Shown here: positions 39,329 through 51,370 of the stretch, piece by piece
Position numbering within the stretch: the first letter of the stretch is position 1
Layout: every line of letters starts with the position of its first letter
DNA from: Mobula hypostoma
Taxonomy: Eukaryota
Assembly: GCF_963921235.1 (NCBI RefSeq)
Contig: NC_086097.1
Location: forward strand, 141,672,001-141,736,000
Length of the DNA stretch: 64,000 bases
Reading direction: 5' to 3'
The notes under the pieces: generated by a model
Told to the model about the DNA's origin: nothing
The model's input: only the letters and a program-made list of their open reading frames with translations
Database searches by the model: none
Position numbers and translations under genes: made by a program

Positions 39329-39924
39329 ATTGTAAATCCTGTTTGTAGCACTGTCGGTGAAGCCTCCCATAATTTTGCAAATCACTTTGCACACAATTGC
39401 GAGTAGACTGATTGGGCAGCAATTAGTCAGATGAGATTTACCCTGTCATTCTTGTGAACGGGCAATGCCTCTACAATTTTCCATATTGTTGGTTAGGTGT
39501 AACTGAGATAATCACGCTGGAACAGCTTGGTTCAATTAATTATGGAGTGGAGGTTACTGCAGGGTTAAGATATTGGTTGGCATGGATGAGTAGGGCTGTA
39601 GGACCTATTTCCATGTTGTAGAAATCTATGAATCTAACTGTTGTGATTCAGGTATTGTCTCTCCTCAATGAGATCAGGTGTAAAAGCCAGTGAAATCCCT
39701 GCTAACATGTGATGAGAGTGGTAAGTGTATGCCCAAACTATGGAAGACTCTGCAAAGAGACACAGATGTAAGTCTTATTTTTGCATATTTATGCTAATGG
39801 AGTTACATCATCATACACACTAGAGGTAAAATGTTACTTCCATAACAATATGAAGAAAATCATAAATTGTTAGCATCTGGAAAGCCAGCTATTATTCAAA
39901 AGAAAAATGAAAAAGTGATCAAAC

Positions 39925-39982
39925 CTGATAAGCCTTTTGCTTCAAACATTTCATCCCATTCTGCTTCATTGTGTATTGGAAA
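39925..39982 (-). CDS. NME8: NME8/NME9-like gene, coding exon 2: FPIHNEAEWDEMFEAKGLS(V)
   Basis: tttttccctgccag acceptor and gtttga donor; 58 nt, phase 0 to 1; W(D/E)EM...KGL motif of the family. Confidence 0.92.
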
Positions 39983-40060
39983 CTGGCAGGGAAAAATACC
40001 AATGCTTAAAGTTTATCAAGATTTCAAATTACCATTTAAATTAAAAGAATCTGTTCATAC

Positions 40061-40093
40061 CTCAATTTGAATCTCCTTTTTCCTACCGGCCAT
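40061..40093 (-). CDS. NME8: NME8/NME9-like gene, first coding exon: MAGRKKEIQIE (exon spans 40061-40098)
   Basis: ttttttttcag acceptor, Kozak GCG ATG G, 33 coding nt, gtatga donor; resembles the MASKKREVQLQ / MGSRKKEIALQ N-termini. Confidence 0.92.
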
Positions 40094-40279
40094 CGCAGCT
40101 GAAAAAAAATCTAAAATAATGATGTTACTGGACAATTAGCAACTTTTGAAATCATAGGGGTTGAGGTAGAATATCAGTCATAATCTTAATAAATGTTAGA
40201 CCTCCTCTCCTAGATCTTATTTTATTATCGTTTCAAAGCTGCATTAAGACAACTATTTTTCTGAGCTTTATTTTTTTCT

Positions 40280-43200
40280 GGGGTGTATGGGGTGATTGGT
40301 CCTGACTAAATATCAGGAAATGCCATTAGCGATTATATAGCTTCTCCCACCCAAGACAACTCCGCCTTCACGTAGGACTGAGGTCCGGGTGCACCCTGTC
40401 TTGCTGAAGGAGCTCTGTCTATGGTGAGTGTTTGGCACCAGAAAAATAACCAGACCAATGGTGGTGGTGTCACCTAAAATTACTGAAGTCTCTGGCAGCA
40501 GGGAGATGGATTCCAAGCTTTGGTGCAGGAATGTCTTTGTACAACAACTGCAAAGGTTGGGCGACATCTAGTGTATGATTCCCAATTGGGAACACCAGTA
40601 GAAGTCAAATGCTCTAGTTAGATGAGCACTGCGGCAGCAGAAGGCAACGGCAAACCACTGTTGAAATTTCTGCCTAGTCAATCATGGAAAGAAACAAAAG
40701 AAGGAAACCAGACAACAGCGTGAGTGGGGTTGATTCTAATCAACAGAACAACACCTCACTCGGTAGGGGTAGTCAAGAGCTGCAGGTGACACCAAACCGT
40801 CATCCAGAGACTGTAAGCAATAGGGAAAGGCTAGGGATAGCAACATGGAACATCCGTACACTTTACCAGAAAGGAATGTTGGACAACACATTAAATGAAA
40901 TGAAAAGGTTGGAAGTTGATATCTTAGGCCTGTCAGAAATTAGATGGACTGACAGTGGCAAATTCACAAAGAATAGTTCTCTGATAATGTATTCTGGAGG
41001 TCAACACCACACGTATAGAGCTGCAATTATTTTAAACAAACAAGTATCAAGACGTCTTATGGGATTTTGGGCAATATCCAACTGGCTGCTTTTAGTTAAA
41101 TTAAGGGGTAACCCTTTTAACATTAGCCTAATCCAAGCCTATGCGCCAACAAATGATGCGGATGAAGAGAATATCAACAAGTTTTATGAAGATCTCGACA
41201 GCGCTTATGAGCAATGTAAATGTCAGGATATAAAACTAGTTTGGGGAGATTTTAACTCCAAAGTTGGACAGAAAAGGGTTGATAACATCATAGGACCTTT
41301 TGGATTAGGGGAGAAAAATGAAAATAGGGAAAGGTTTACTGATTGGTGTGTCAGAAACAACCAAGTGATCACCAATACTTGGTATAAAAACCATCCACGT
41401 AGATTGCGTACTTGGATTAGCCTGGAGATAGAACAAGGAATCAAATAGATTTCATTACCATCAATGAATGCTTTCGAAATAATACCACAAATTCTAAAGC
41501 CTACCCAGTAGCAGACTGTGGTTCAGGTCACCATCCAGTAATAGCTACCATCAAAACAAAATCAAAGAAACTGAAACGTGGAAAAAAGAGAAAGAAGTAT
41601 ATGTTGGGAGAACTTAAAAAAGATAGCATACTTAAGCAACAATTCAAAACAGCTGTAGAAGAACACCTCAACAAAAATGAAACAACACCTATTTGGGACA
41701 GATTTAAATATGCCATAAAGCAATCAGCAGAGGAGATAATCCCAGTGCAAGAATCCAACACACCAACAAGGGGTGGATAACCAAAGAAATTCAGAATCTG
41801 ATGGAAAAAATAGGTTAGTGAAGAATAATGAAGTGAAATACAGAGAGCTGGAAAAACAGATCAGACAATTGTGCAATATTGCAAAGGAAGAATGGCTGAC
41901 TCAAAAATGCAATGAAGTAGAAGGCCATATTAACAACAGCAAAGGAATGCACAAGAAAACTAAGGAAATTACTGGAATTAAGAAAACCTCCTCTACAGGA
42001 TGCATATCAGCAGATGGATCCATACTAACAGATCCAGATAAAGTATGTGAAAGGTGGATTCAGTACATAGAGCAGCTTTTTGAAGATAATAGAGGGGAAC
42101 CCCCCGATATTAAACACCCTAATTCTAGCCCACCTATTACGAAAAAAGAAATAACTAAAGCAATGAAAAGCATGAAACATGGTAAAGCCACTGGACCTGA
42201 TGAAATTTCAGTGGAAATGATACAAGCCCTAGAAGACCTGGGCATAGATATTCTTTTTGAACTATTTAATGGCATATATGAGTCTGGTGTATTGCCTGAC
42301 GATCTCTTGAAATCAGTATTTATAACTCTGCCAAAAATTCCTGAACTATTGACCGCAAAAATTATAGAACAATCAGCCTTATGAGTCACATAATAAAGAT
42401 TTTGTTGAGAATTGTTCTGAGTCGAATTAAAACCAAGGCCAGAAACTTCTAAACTGCAATATGGGTTTACTGAAGATAGAGGAACTAGGAATGCAATTTT
42501 CATACGACGAATGATTTCAGAAAGGGCAATTGAATATCAAAATGATGTCTTTTTATGTTTTACTGATTTCACTAAAGCAATCGACAAAGTGCAACATGAA
42601 AAATTATTTCAAATTCTCGCTAAACTAAACATTGACGGAAGGGACCAACAACTGCTTCAAAATTTATATTGGAATCAAACAACGGAGGTAAAAATTGATG
42701 ATAATATAAGCAGTTGGACTAAAATTCAAAGAGGAGTTAGACAGGGATGCGTTGCCTCACCGAAATTATTTAATATCTATGGTGAAATGATTCTCAGAGA
42801 AATAGAAGACCTAAATGGGATAAAAATTGAAGGTGTTAACATCAACAATATAAGATATGCAGACGATACCACCCTAATAGCAAGTGCTGCAGAAGACCTA
42901 CAAATCCTCCTAGATAAAGTAGTACAAACAAGTGCAGATTTTGGTCTAACCATCGACTGTAAAAAAACAAAATGTATGGTAATATCAAAACAGCAGGGTA
43001 CTCCCAACTGCCAATTGTACATCGGTAACCAAGAGATTGAACAAAAGGCCAGCTTTAATTACCTTGGTAGCTTTATATCACAAGATGCTAGAAGTAAACT
43101 AGCAATAAAAAGAATTGCCACTGCCAAAACCAACTTCCAAAAAATGAAACCCATTTTTATCAACAGACACATTTCTATGACAACAAGGCTTAGGTTACTA

Positions 43201-43648
43201 AAGTGTTACATCTGGTCAATCTTGCTGTATGCTTCCGAAAGATGGACTATAACACCAGAACTCCAAAGAAACTTAGACGCAACGGAAATGTGTTTTTTTA
43301 GAAGAATGCTGAAAATATCATATAGAGACAGGGTAACTAGGGTAACTAATGGGACAGTACTCCACTGTGCCCATACAAAAAGATCTTCAATGAAAACATT
43401 AAATGAGAGGAAACTTAAATTCCTGGGCCATGTCATCAGAAAGGGAGAAATAGAATGCCTTACGTTACAAGGCCGTATGCCTGAGTAACACGGAAGAGGA
43501 AGGCAAAGAAGAAAATATATGGACACTGTGAAAGGACGAACAGGTCTAAGTGTGTGAGATATCATTGATGGTGCGAGGGATCGTTCGATGTGGAGAGTCA
43601 TGATCGCCCAAGTGTGTAATACGCAAGGCACATGAAGAAGAAGAAGAA
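40280..43648 (+). mobile_element. RTE-clade LINE, near full length, frameshifted
   Basis: IATWNIRTL, ILGLSEIRW, QAYAPT, GDFNSKVG (APE); RGVRQGCVASP, RYADDTTL (RT); (gaa)n tail; probable TSD ttttttct on both sides. Confidence 0.93.
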
Positions 43649-44374
43649 TTTTTTCTATTTTTTATGATCTTGAAATAAATCATTAATGTCTGTGGTAATG
43701 ATTAGGATGGAACATTGAACAAGTTAGAGTTGCAAGTTCTGTTTTGAGTGTAGAGAGACTATGTGACATATTGTAGTGGTATAGAACTTGCTGTTATGAG
43801 GTCAAAATTGAGTTTATTATTAAATGCACAAAAATATGTAAGCATAGGTGTAATGAAAACCTTTTTTGCAGCAGTATATAGCATCATAGAAGCAGCATTC
43901 ACAAGCAAAACTTAAATTTTTTAAAACATAAATTATACACATTTTTACAAAAAAGAACACAACTGAAAAAAGGTCCATTTTAGTGCAAAGTGATCCAAGT
44001 GGTTATGGTGTTGCTAAACTGCAGTGATTAGTTTTTTTTTTGGTTGGTTCAAGAACCAAATGGTTGAAGGGAAGTAGTTGTTCTTGAACTTGGTGGTTTG
44101 GGACTTCAAGCTTCTGTACCACTTACCTGATTGTAGCTATGAAAAGATGGTATGGCCCAGATGGTGGGGATCTTTGATTATAGATGTTGCCTTCTTGAGG
44201 CAGTGCTTCCTGTAGATACTGTCAATAGGGAGAGAAATGTGCTCATGATGTATTGATTACAGTCTGCAGCTTCTTACATTCCAGTGCATTTGAATTGCTA
44301 CACCAGACCATGATACAACTAGTCATAACATTTTCAACTATACATCTGCAGAGGTTTGTGTTGACAAGCCAATA

Positions 44375-44604
44375 GTAACACATATCAAATGCTGAATAAC
44401 CTCAGCAGGTCAGGCAGCATTGATGAAAAGGAATAAAAAGTCAATATTTCGGATCGAGACCCTTCATAAGGTCCTGATGAAGGGTCTCGGTCTGAATTGT
44501 TGACTACTAATATCTTTCCATAGATGCAGTCTGATCTGCTGAGTTCCTCCAGCATTTTCTATGTGTTACTTTACACTTGCAGTATCTGCAGAATCTCTTG
44601 TGTT
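44375..44604. mobile_element. Head-to-head palindromic pair of PLE hammerhead tails, inside an old Rex1/Babar fragment
   Basis: ...tttcggatcgagacccttcataag|gtcctgatgaagggtctcggtctgaa... with mirrored tails on each side. Confidence 0.8.
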
Positions 44605-44799
44605 ATTGACAAGTTGAACCTCTTTAACCTTCTAAGAATGGTTGATATCTTATAATTGCATCTACTGTATGTGCTTTGTAAATTTTGGTAGTCAATAATA
44701 TTTGGGCATACTATATCAGGTATCTTCTGTGGAAAAGTGAAAGGGAAAAATTATCTACTGTTGAATATTTTGGTGGTATTCAATCCTGCTTGGGAACAT

Positions 44800-46140
44800 T
44801 TCAGAATCAGAATCAAAATCAGAATCAGGTTTATTATCACTGGCATGTGACATGAAATTTGTTAACTTAGCAGCAGCAGTTCAATGCAATGCATAATCTA
44901 GCAGAGAAAAAAAATAATAAATAACATTTTAAAAAATTATAATAAACAAGTAAATCAATTACATATATTGAAGAGATTTAAATAATGTGCAAAAACAGAA
45001 ATACTGTATATTAAAAAAAAGTGAGGTAGTGTCCAAAGATTCAATGACCATTTAGGAATTGGTTGGCAGAGGGGAAGAAGTTGTTCCTGAATTGCTGAGT
45101 GTGTGCCTTCAGGCTTCTGTACCTCCTACATGACGGTAACAGTGAGAAAAGGGCATGCCCCTGGGTGCTGGAGGTCCTTAATAATGGACGCTGCCTTTCT
45201 GAGACAACGTGCCCTATTTCGGTCCTGTGCATTAGCCCCTCCATACCAGACAGTGATGCAGCCTGTCAGAATACTCTCCACAGTACAATTATAGAAGGTT
45301 TTGAGTGTACTTGTTGACTCCTAATAAAGTATAGCCACTGTCTTACCTTCTTTATAATTACATTGATATGTTGGGACCAGGTTAGATCCTCAGAGATCTT
45401 GACACCCAGGAACTTGAAGCTGCTCACTCTCTCCACTTCTGATCCCTCTATGAGGATTGGGATGTGTTCCCTCGTCTTACCCTTCCTGAAGTCCATAATC
45501 AGCTCTTTCGTCCTACTTACGTCGTGCCAGGTTGTTGCTGTGGCAACATTCCACAACTTGGCATATCTCACTCCTGTACACCCTCTCATCACCAACTGAG
45601 ATACTACCAACAATGGTTGTATCGTCAGCAAATTTCTAGATGGTATTTGAGCTATACCTATCCACACAGTCATGTGTATATAGAGAGTAGAGCAGTGGGC
45701 TAAGCACACACTCCTGAGGTGCGCCACTGTTGATCGTCAGTGAGGAGGACGTTATCACCAATCAGCACAGATTGTGGTCTTCTGGCTAGGAAGTCGAGGA
45801 TCCAATTGCAGAGGAAGGCACAGAGGCCCAGGTTCTGTAAATTCTCAGTCAGGATTGTGGGAATGATGGTATTAAATGCTGAGTTATAGTCGATGAACAG
45901 CATCCTGACGAAGGGTCTCGGCCTGAAACGTCGACTGCGCCTCTTCCTATAGATTCTGCCTGGCCTGCTGCGTTCACCAGCAACTTTGATGTATGTTGCT
46001 TGAATTTCCAGCATCTGCAGAATTCCTGTTGTTAGCATCCTGACATAGATGTTTGTGTTGTCCACGTGGTCTAAAGCCATGTGGAGAGCCATTAAGATTA
46101 CGTCTGCCGTTGACCTATTGCAGCGATAGGCAAATTGCAT
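44800..46140 (-). mobile_element. Rex1/Babar-type LINE 3' portion
   Basis: [53 protein letters not shown]; (ttctga)n tail at about 44800-44828. Confidence 0.85.
45899..46044 (+). mobile_element. 135-bp PLE hammerhead module inserted in the Rex1 RT (coordinates include TSDs)
   Basis: ctgacgaagggtctcggcctgaaacgtcgactg plus tail; 11-bp TSD AGCATCCTGAC at 45899-45909 and 46034-46044. Confidence 0.9.
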
Positions 46141-46320
46141 GGCGCTATTGCAACTTGGGGCATTCCGGAGTTTGGAGTTCAATTCTGGTGCTGTTCTGTG
46201 AGAAGTCTCTGTACGTCCCTCCAACGGAATTTGCAGATTTTCTCCAGGTTCTTCAGTTTCCTCCCACAGTCTAAAGACATACCGTATTAATTAATTGGTC
46301 ATTGAAAATTGTCCCGTTCT
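46140..46320 (+). mobile_element. V-SINE/HE1-like SINE fragment (related copies at about 48005-48215, 11850-12160 minus, 12470-12930)
   Basis: B-box-like gagttcaattc and V-domain-like gtttcctcccaca...aaagac...ttaattggtcattg. Confidence 0.65.
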
Positions 46321-47175
46321 GTCCAATTGAACAAGTAGCAACTCTCCCTGCACTGGCCCAAATACCTGAGAATTCTCAACCCCTTTCTCCTGCAACTGCT
46401 CTTCAGCCACTCAATTATTTATACTGTTCTCATATTTCTTCAAGAACTGGCAGATAGCATGGGGAGTAAGCAGATTACCACTCTAAAAATCCTGCTTCAT
46501 TCACTGTTTCATAATTCCTTACACCTGCCTGCTGGATATCATTCCTTTCTCTCCCTGCCATTAGACCATAAGACCATAAGAGAGAGAAACAGAATTAGGA
46601 TTTTTGCCTCATTGAGTTTGCTCCGCCATTTCATTATGACTGATTTATTTCCCTCTCAGCCCCAATATCCTTCCCTCTCTCCGTATGCCCCATCTGATCA
46701 AGAATCTATTAACCTCTACCTTAAATATACCCAATGACTTGGCCTCCACAGTTATCTGTGGCAATGAATTCCACAGATTCACCACTACACACCATCCATT
46801 TCTGACTTTCTGCAGTTGCTCAATGGCATACTTAATCCTGGCATCAGGGGAAAATACACCATTCTGAAATGCTTGTCTGTTTTCCCAATGATGGTCTGCT
46901 CTCTTGGTATTTCTCCTCTCCCTCTGTACAGCGTTGGCTCAGACTATACTCCCTAGGGGTATTACTCTTTCAATGAGTAATCAGAAATGAATATGGTTAG
47001 AGAGCAAGATGCCCTTCGGGGTCTCCTGAACTACTTGCCAGCTCTTTTCTTTCGTCAGTCACCTATTTCCTGAATTTTCTCAAACTATGAGATGACAACC
47101 TTCTGAAAGATGTTATCCACAGCTTCATAGATACACTAGATCACAGTGAGGTCAAATCAATATCCGTAGAACAAG

Positions 47176-48630
47176 TTACTAACCAATGTTGTCTGGTTCA
47201 ATGATATTGCGCCAGGTTAATACTACATGAAAACAAGAAACAGAACCAGAGGTAGACTAATCAACCTCAAAGGTTCTCCACCCTCTATGCCCTGAGAGAC
47301 AATTCTTTAACAGGATGTTGTGTGGAATCTTACTTGCTGTATGATGTCAGATTGAACCAACATTTGCTGTACAACATTGTTTTGTGTTCATAGTTACTCT
47401 ATGAATACGTGTTGTGCCAGTATCTGTCATATGACATTACTGCTATATGATACTGTGTTGGGTCATTGCTTGCAGATTACTATTGTGCCAGAGATTATAT
47501 GTGTTGCACGATGAGTGAGTCAACAAGGCATTGTATCAGGTTAATATCAGTTATATCAATTCTATCAAATTTAATAACTGCTAAATCATATAGCATCTAT
47601 ATGATACTGTGATAGCTCAATATCTACTATATTACATTATGTTGGGGCAGCAGCTAAACAATGCTGTGACGTGGTAATACGGTATTGTGCAGATCAATGT
47701 ATGTTGTACAATGTTGTGACTGGTTAATGTCTGTAGAACATCTTTGTATGGATCATTTCTTACTGTGCAATATTGCTTCAGATCAATATCTGTTGTCCAA
47801 TAATGTGTCAGCCAGTATCTGTTGCATGATGTTGGATGAATCATTATTGTGTCAGGGCAATATTTGCTGTATAAATTATATTGCTTTAGTAACTGTTGAA
47901 CAATATAGTATGGGAGAACACTGTGTATATGATATTGTGCCAGATCAATGCCTGCTGTCCAATATTGTATTGGTTAATTCCTGCTATATTGTGTCACTTC
48001 AATAATCCCACCGCTGTCTGTAAGGAGTTTGTACATTCTCCCTGTGGTGTGTGGGCTTCCTCCACTGTTCTGGTTTCCTCCCACATTCCAAAAACATACT
48101 GGTTGATAGGTTAATTGGTCATTGTAAATTGACCCATGATTAGGCTAGGGTCAAATCAAGGGTTGCTGGGCGGCGCGGCTTGAAAGGCTGGAAGGGCCTG
48201 TTCCGCACTATCTCAATAATTTTTTCTTAAATTTACCACAAAACTTTGTGGTAGTTATATGACATTCTATTGGATCAGCACCTACTGCATAACATGATTA
48301 TACCAATAGTCGGTGTGTGATTTTGTGTCGCGCCAATATGATGTTGAATAAAGACCTGCTGAATGATATTGTCTAGGTCAATTCCAACTGCATGAGGGAA
48401 TTCAATGCTTGTTGTATGATATCGTGTCAGAATCAGTATTGATTATGTGATACTGTGTAGATTAATAGTTGCTATAAAAAAGTCACTAACCAATGTTGTC
48501 TGGTTCAATACTAGTTCTATGATATTGCGCCAGGTCAATACTGCATGAAAACAAGAAACAGAACCAGAAGCAGACTAATCAACCTCAAAGGTTCTCCACC
48601 CTCTATGCCCTGAGAGACAATTCTTTAACT
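47176..48630. repeat. Degenerate minisatellite (period about 29-30 bp) bracketed by a direct duplication of about 135-145 bp
   Basis: Recurrent gatattgtg(c)cagatcaatatctg(c/t)tg-like units; 47178-47311 nearly repeated at 48485-48629. Confidence 0.65.
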
Positions 48631-48954
48631 GGACATTGTGATCCTTAGCTGCAGACACCTCTGAGTGAGGTATCATATTTGTATTTACCCTCTCAAGCCC
48701 CTTATGAATTTCTCATTCTTTTAAGCTGAAGAGAGTACAGGCTGAATCTGATTAATCTTTCCTCATATGGCGGACTTGCCATCCCAGGAATCAGTCTGGT
48801 GAAATTTCGCTCCACTCCTTCCAACATAACTATATTCATCCTAAGGTAGTCATGTCAGATCTGCACAGAGTTTTTCAGATGTGGTCTCACCAGAGCTCTG
48901 TATTATATTGCAGTGGTTAACTTTATTTTTGTATTCAAAACCCCTTGCAATAAA

Positions 48955-50422
48955 TAAGATGAAGAAAGGAAAGGCAGCAGGTCCTGATGAATTAGTAATA
49001 GAACAAATTATTGCCCTTGAAGATTATGGAATTGAAAAACTTACTGATTTAATCAATGACATTTATGAGACTGGAATAATACCAGAAGAGATGAAAAAAT
49101 CAGTATTTATCACTCTTCCTAAGAAAGCTGGAGCAATAGAATGTGAATTACATAGGACCATAAGTTTAATGAGTCATATCAACAAGATACTTCTAAGAAT
49201 TTTGATGACAAGAGCTAAAAGTAAGACACAAGCTGAAATTGGCAAAAAACAATGTGGTTTTGTGAAAGACAAAGGTACAAGAAACACAATATTGATGTTA
49301 TTGATACTATCAGAACGAGCTATTCAAGTGCAAAAAGATTTATTTGTTTTATCGACTACACAAAAGCATTTGATAAAGTGAAGCACAATAAGTTATTTGA
49401 AATATTACAGAAAACTCTAGATCTAGATTCGAAAGACCTCTGCCTAATCAGAAATCTGTACTGGGAACAAACTGCCGCTGTAAGAATAGATGGAGAAGTG
49501 AGTCAGTTTACGAAAATCAAGAGAAGCATTAGACAAGGGTGTGTTTTCTCCCCAAATTTATTTAATGTGTACAGTGAAACAATATTACAAAAAATAAGAG
49601 ACATCTTTGGAATCAAAGTTGGCCGTGAAAACATCAATAATTTCAGATATGCAGATGAAACTGTGTTAATTGCAAGTACAGAGGAAGAACTACAAAACTT
49701 AATTGATATAATTGTTGAAGAAAGTGCAAAAATGGGTCTATCTATCAAATGCAAAAAGACAGAATGTATAGTGATATCCAAAAAGAAGGAGAATCCTATC
49801 TGCACGCTGAGAATAAATGGGGAAGACATAAAACAAGTAAAGAACTTTTGCTACTTAGGAAGCTGGGTGAGATCAGATGGCAGGTGTGACTTGGACATCA
49901 AAAGAAGAATAGGGATGGCAAAAGACACCTTTACGAGAATGAAGAGTGTACTGACCAATACTAAACTAGAAATGACAACCCACCTCAGAGTACAGAAATG
50001 TTATGTTTATCCAGTTATGTTATATGGCTCAGAATGTTGGACAATATCTAGTAACATGAGGAAACGAATTGTAGCAGCAGAGATGTAGATTTTGAGGAGG
50101 ATGCAAAGAATATCATGGACGAAACGAATATCTAACGAGGATGTCATGAACAGAACAAACACAAAAAGAGAAATCATGTATGAGATCATGACAAGGCAAC
50201 GTAACTTTATTGGACATGTGATTAGAAAAGAGGAGTTAGAATGCACAGTAATTATGGGAAAGATTGAAGGGAAGAAAGCAAGAGGAAGACAAAGACAAAT
50301 GATGATGGAGACAGCAGCCAGAGAATTGGAAATGAATACCAATGAATTGATCCACTTGACCCGAAACAGGATTGTGGACAATGGCAGTCAAAGCTCAAAC
50401 TGGGCATGGCACCTGATGATGA
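48955..50422 (+). mobile_element. RTE-clade LINE, 5'-truncated (second family)
   Basis: MKKGKAAGPDE, FIDYTKAFDKV, RQGCVFSP, FRYADETVL, MLYGSECW; (tga)n tail; 9-bp TSD TGCAATAAA at 48946-48954 and 50423-50431. Confidence 0.93.
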
Positions 50423-51108
50423 TGCAATAAAGATCAGTATATTGTTTGTCCCCATAATCGTTCATTGTACTTCCCAGTAACTTTATAGTAATTTATGTAC
50501 AAGAACACTCGTGCCTCTGAACGTCAACACTTACAATCTCTTGTCTTGTAAAATATGCTGAATCTTCCTATTTTCTCTACCTCTCATGTTTCCACATCAT
50601 ATTCCATCTGCCAAAGCCTGTCTATTCACTTAGCCTGTCTCTAGGATGGGACATATCACAAAATGTTCTAACCAATTGCGCTGGCTGAAAGTATTCCGAC
50701 TGGTTGCAGTTGCATCACAGGCTGGTATACCAGTTGAATGCAAGAGGCTGCAGAAGGTTACGGACACAGCCTTGTCGAACACAGGCACACCCCTCCTCAC
50801 CATTGACAATATCTACAGGAAGCATTAACTCAAAGAGGTGACATTTTTGTACTAAGGTCCTGATTTTGCAGTCTATTTTAATTGGTCTATAACAGCGGTA
50901 TCATTTTGTGTTCGCTAGATCCATTCACATACATCCGTATCTACTATACAAAATTGTGTCAAATCACTAGTTGTTGTGATAAATGTGTTACCTCCCCACC
51001 CACCCACCCACCCACCCAGCTGTGTGATAGTGCGTCATGGTCAACAGCTTCTCTACATTTTGCTGCTGCAAAATATTGTGTAGGTTCACACTGCCACTGG
51101 GTTCGTAC

Positions 51109-51370
51109 CTGCTTGCAATACAAAGTTTCCTAGGCTAATGAGTGCTATCGGGCGTGATCTGGGTTAATACTTGCAGTGCGATGTCGAAGTCTCTTTTGGA
51201 CGGTGAGGAATGATCCGTTAGGGCCCGGGCCCGGCTCGTGCCGAGCGGTTGGGCTACGGTAACGCCAAAGGGGAGCGCGAGGCGGCGCGGTGGGGGGAGG
51301 GGAGTGGATCGTGGGGCAGGGTTGTGAAGTAGTCTAATGCTTCGGGGGAGGGGCGGCACTGTGCAGTAGG
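51109..51370 (-). promoter_or_regulatory. CpG-rich patch; candidate promoter and non-coding first exon of the NME8-like gene
   Basis: Abrupt GC/CpG enrichment in unique-looking DNA; minus-strand donor CAG|GTACGA at 51109/51108; partial X-box-like motifs at 51125-51138 and 51248-51263; GC-box-like runs. The first coding exon has an acceptor, so an upstream exon is required. Confidence 0.5.

Noticed and set aside
40340..40432. Possible HDV-like ribozyme in the RTE 5' UTR (caagac/gtcttg, cct-tcacgt-agg, actc/gagt pairings)
   Set aside because: About 20 extra nt separate the putative P3' and P1', and I could not place P1.1 or the catalytic C; it does not fit the canonical topology by eye. A covariance-model search would be needed.
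47176..48630. CRISPR-like array
   Set aside because: Eukaryotic context, no conserved repeat/unique spacer alternation and no cas genes; it is a degenerate tandem repeat.
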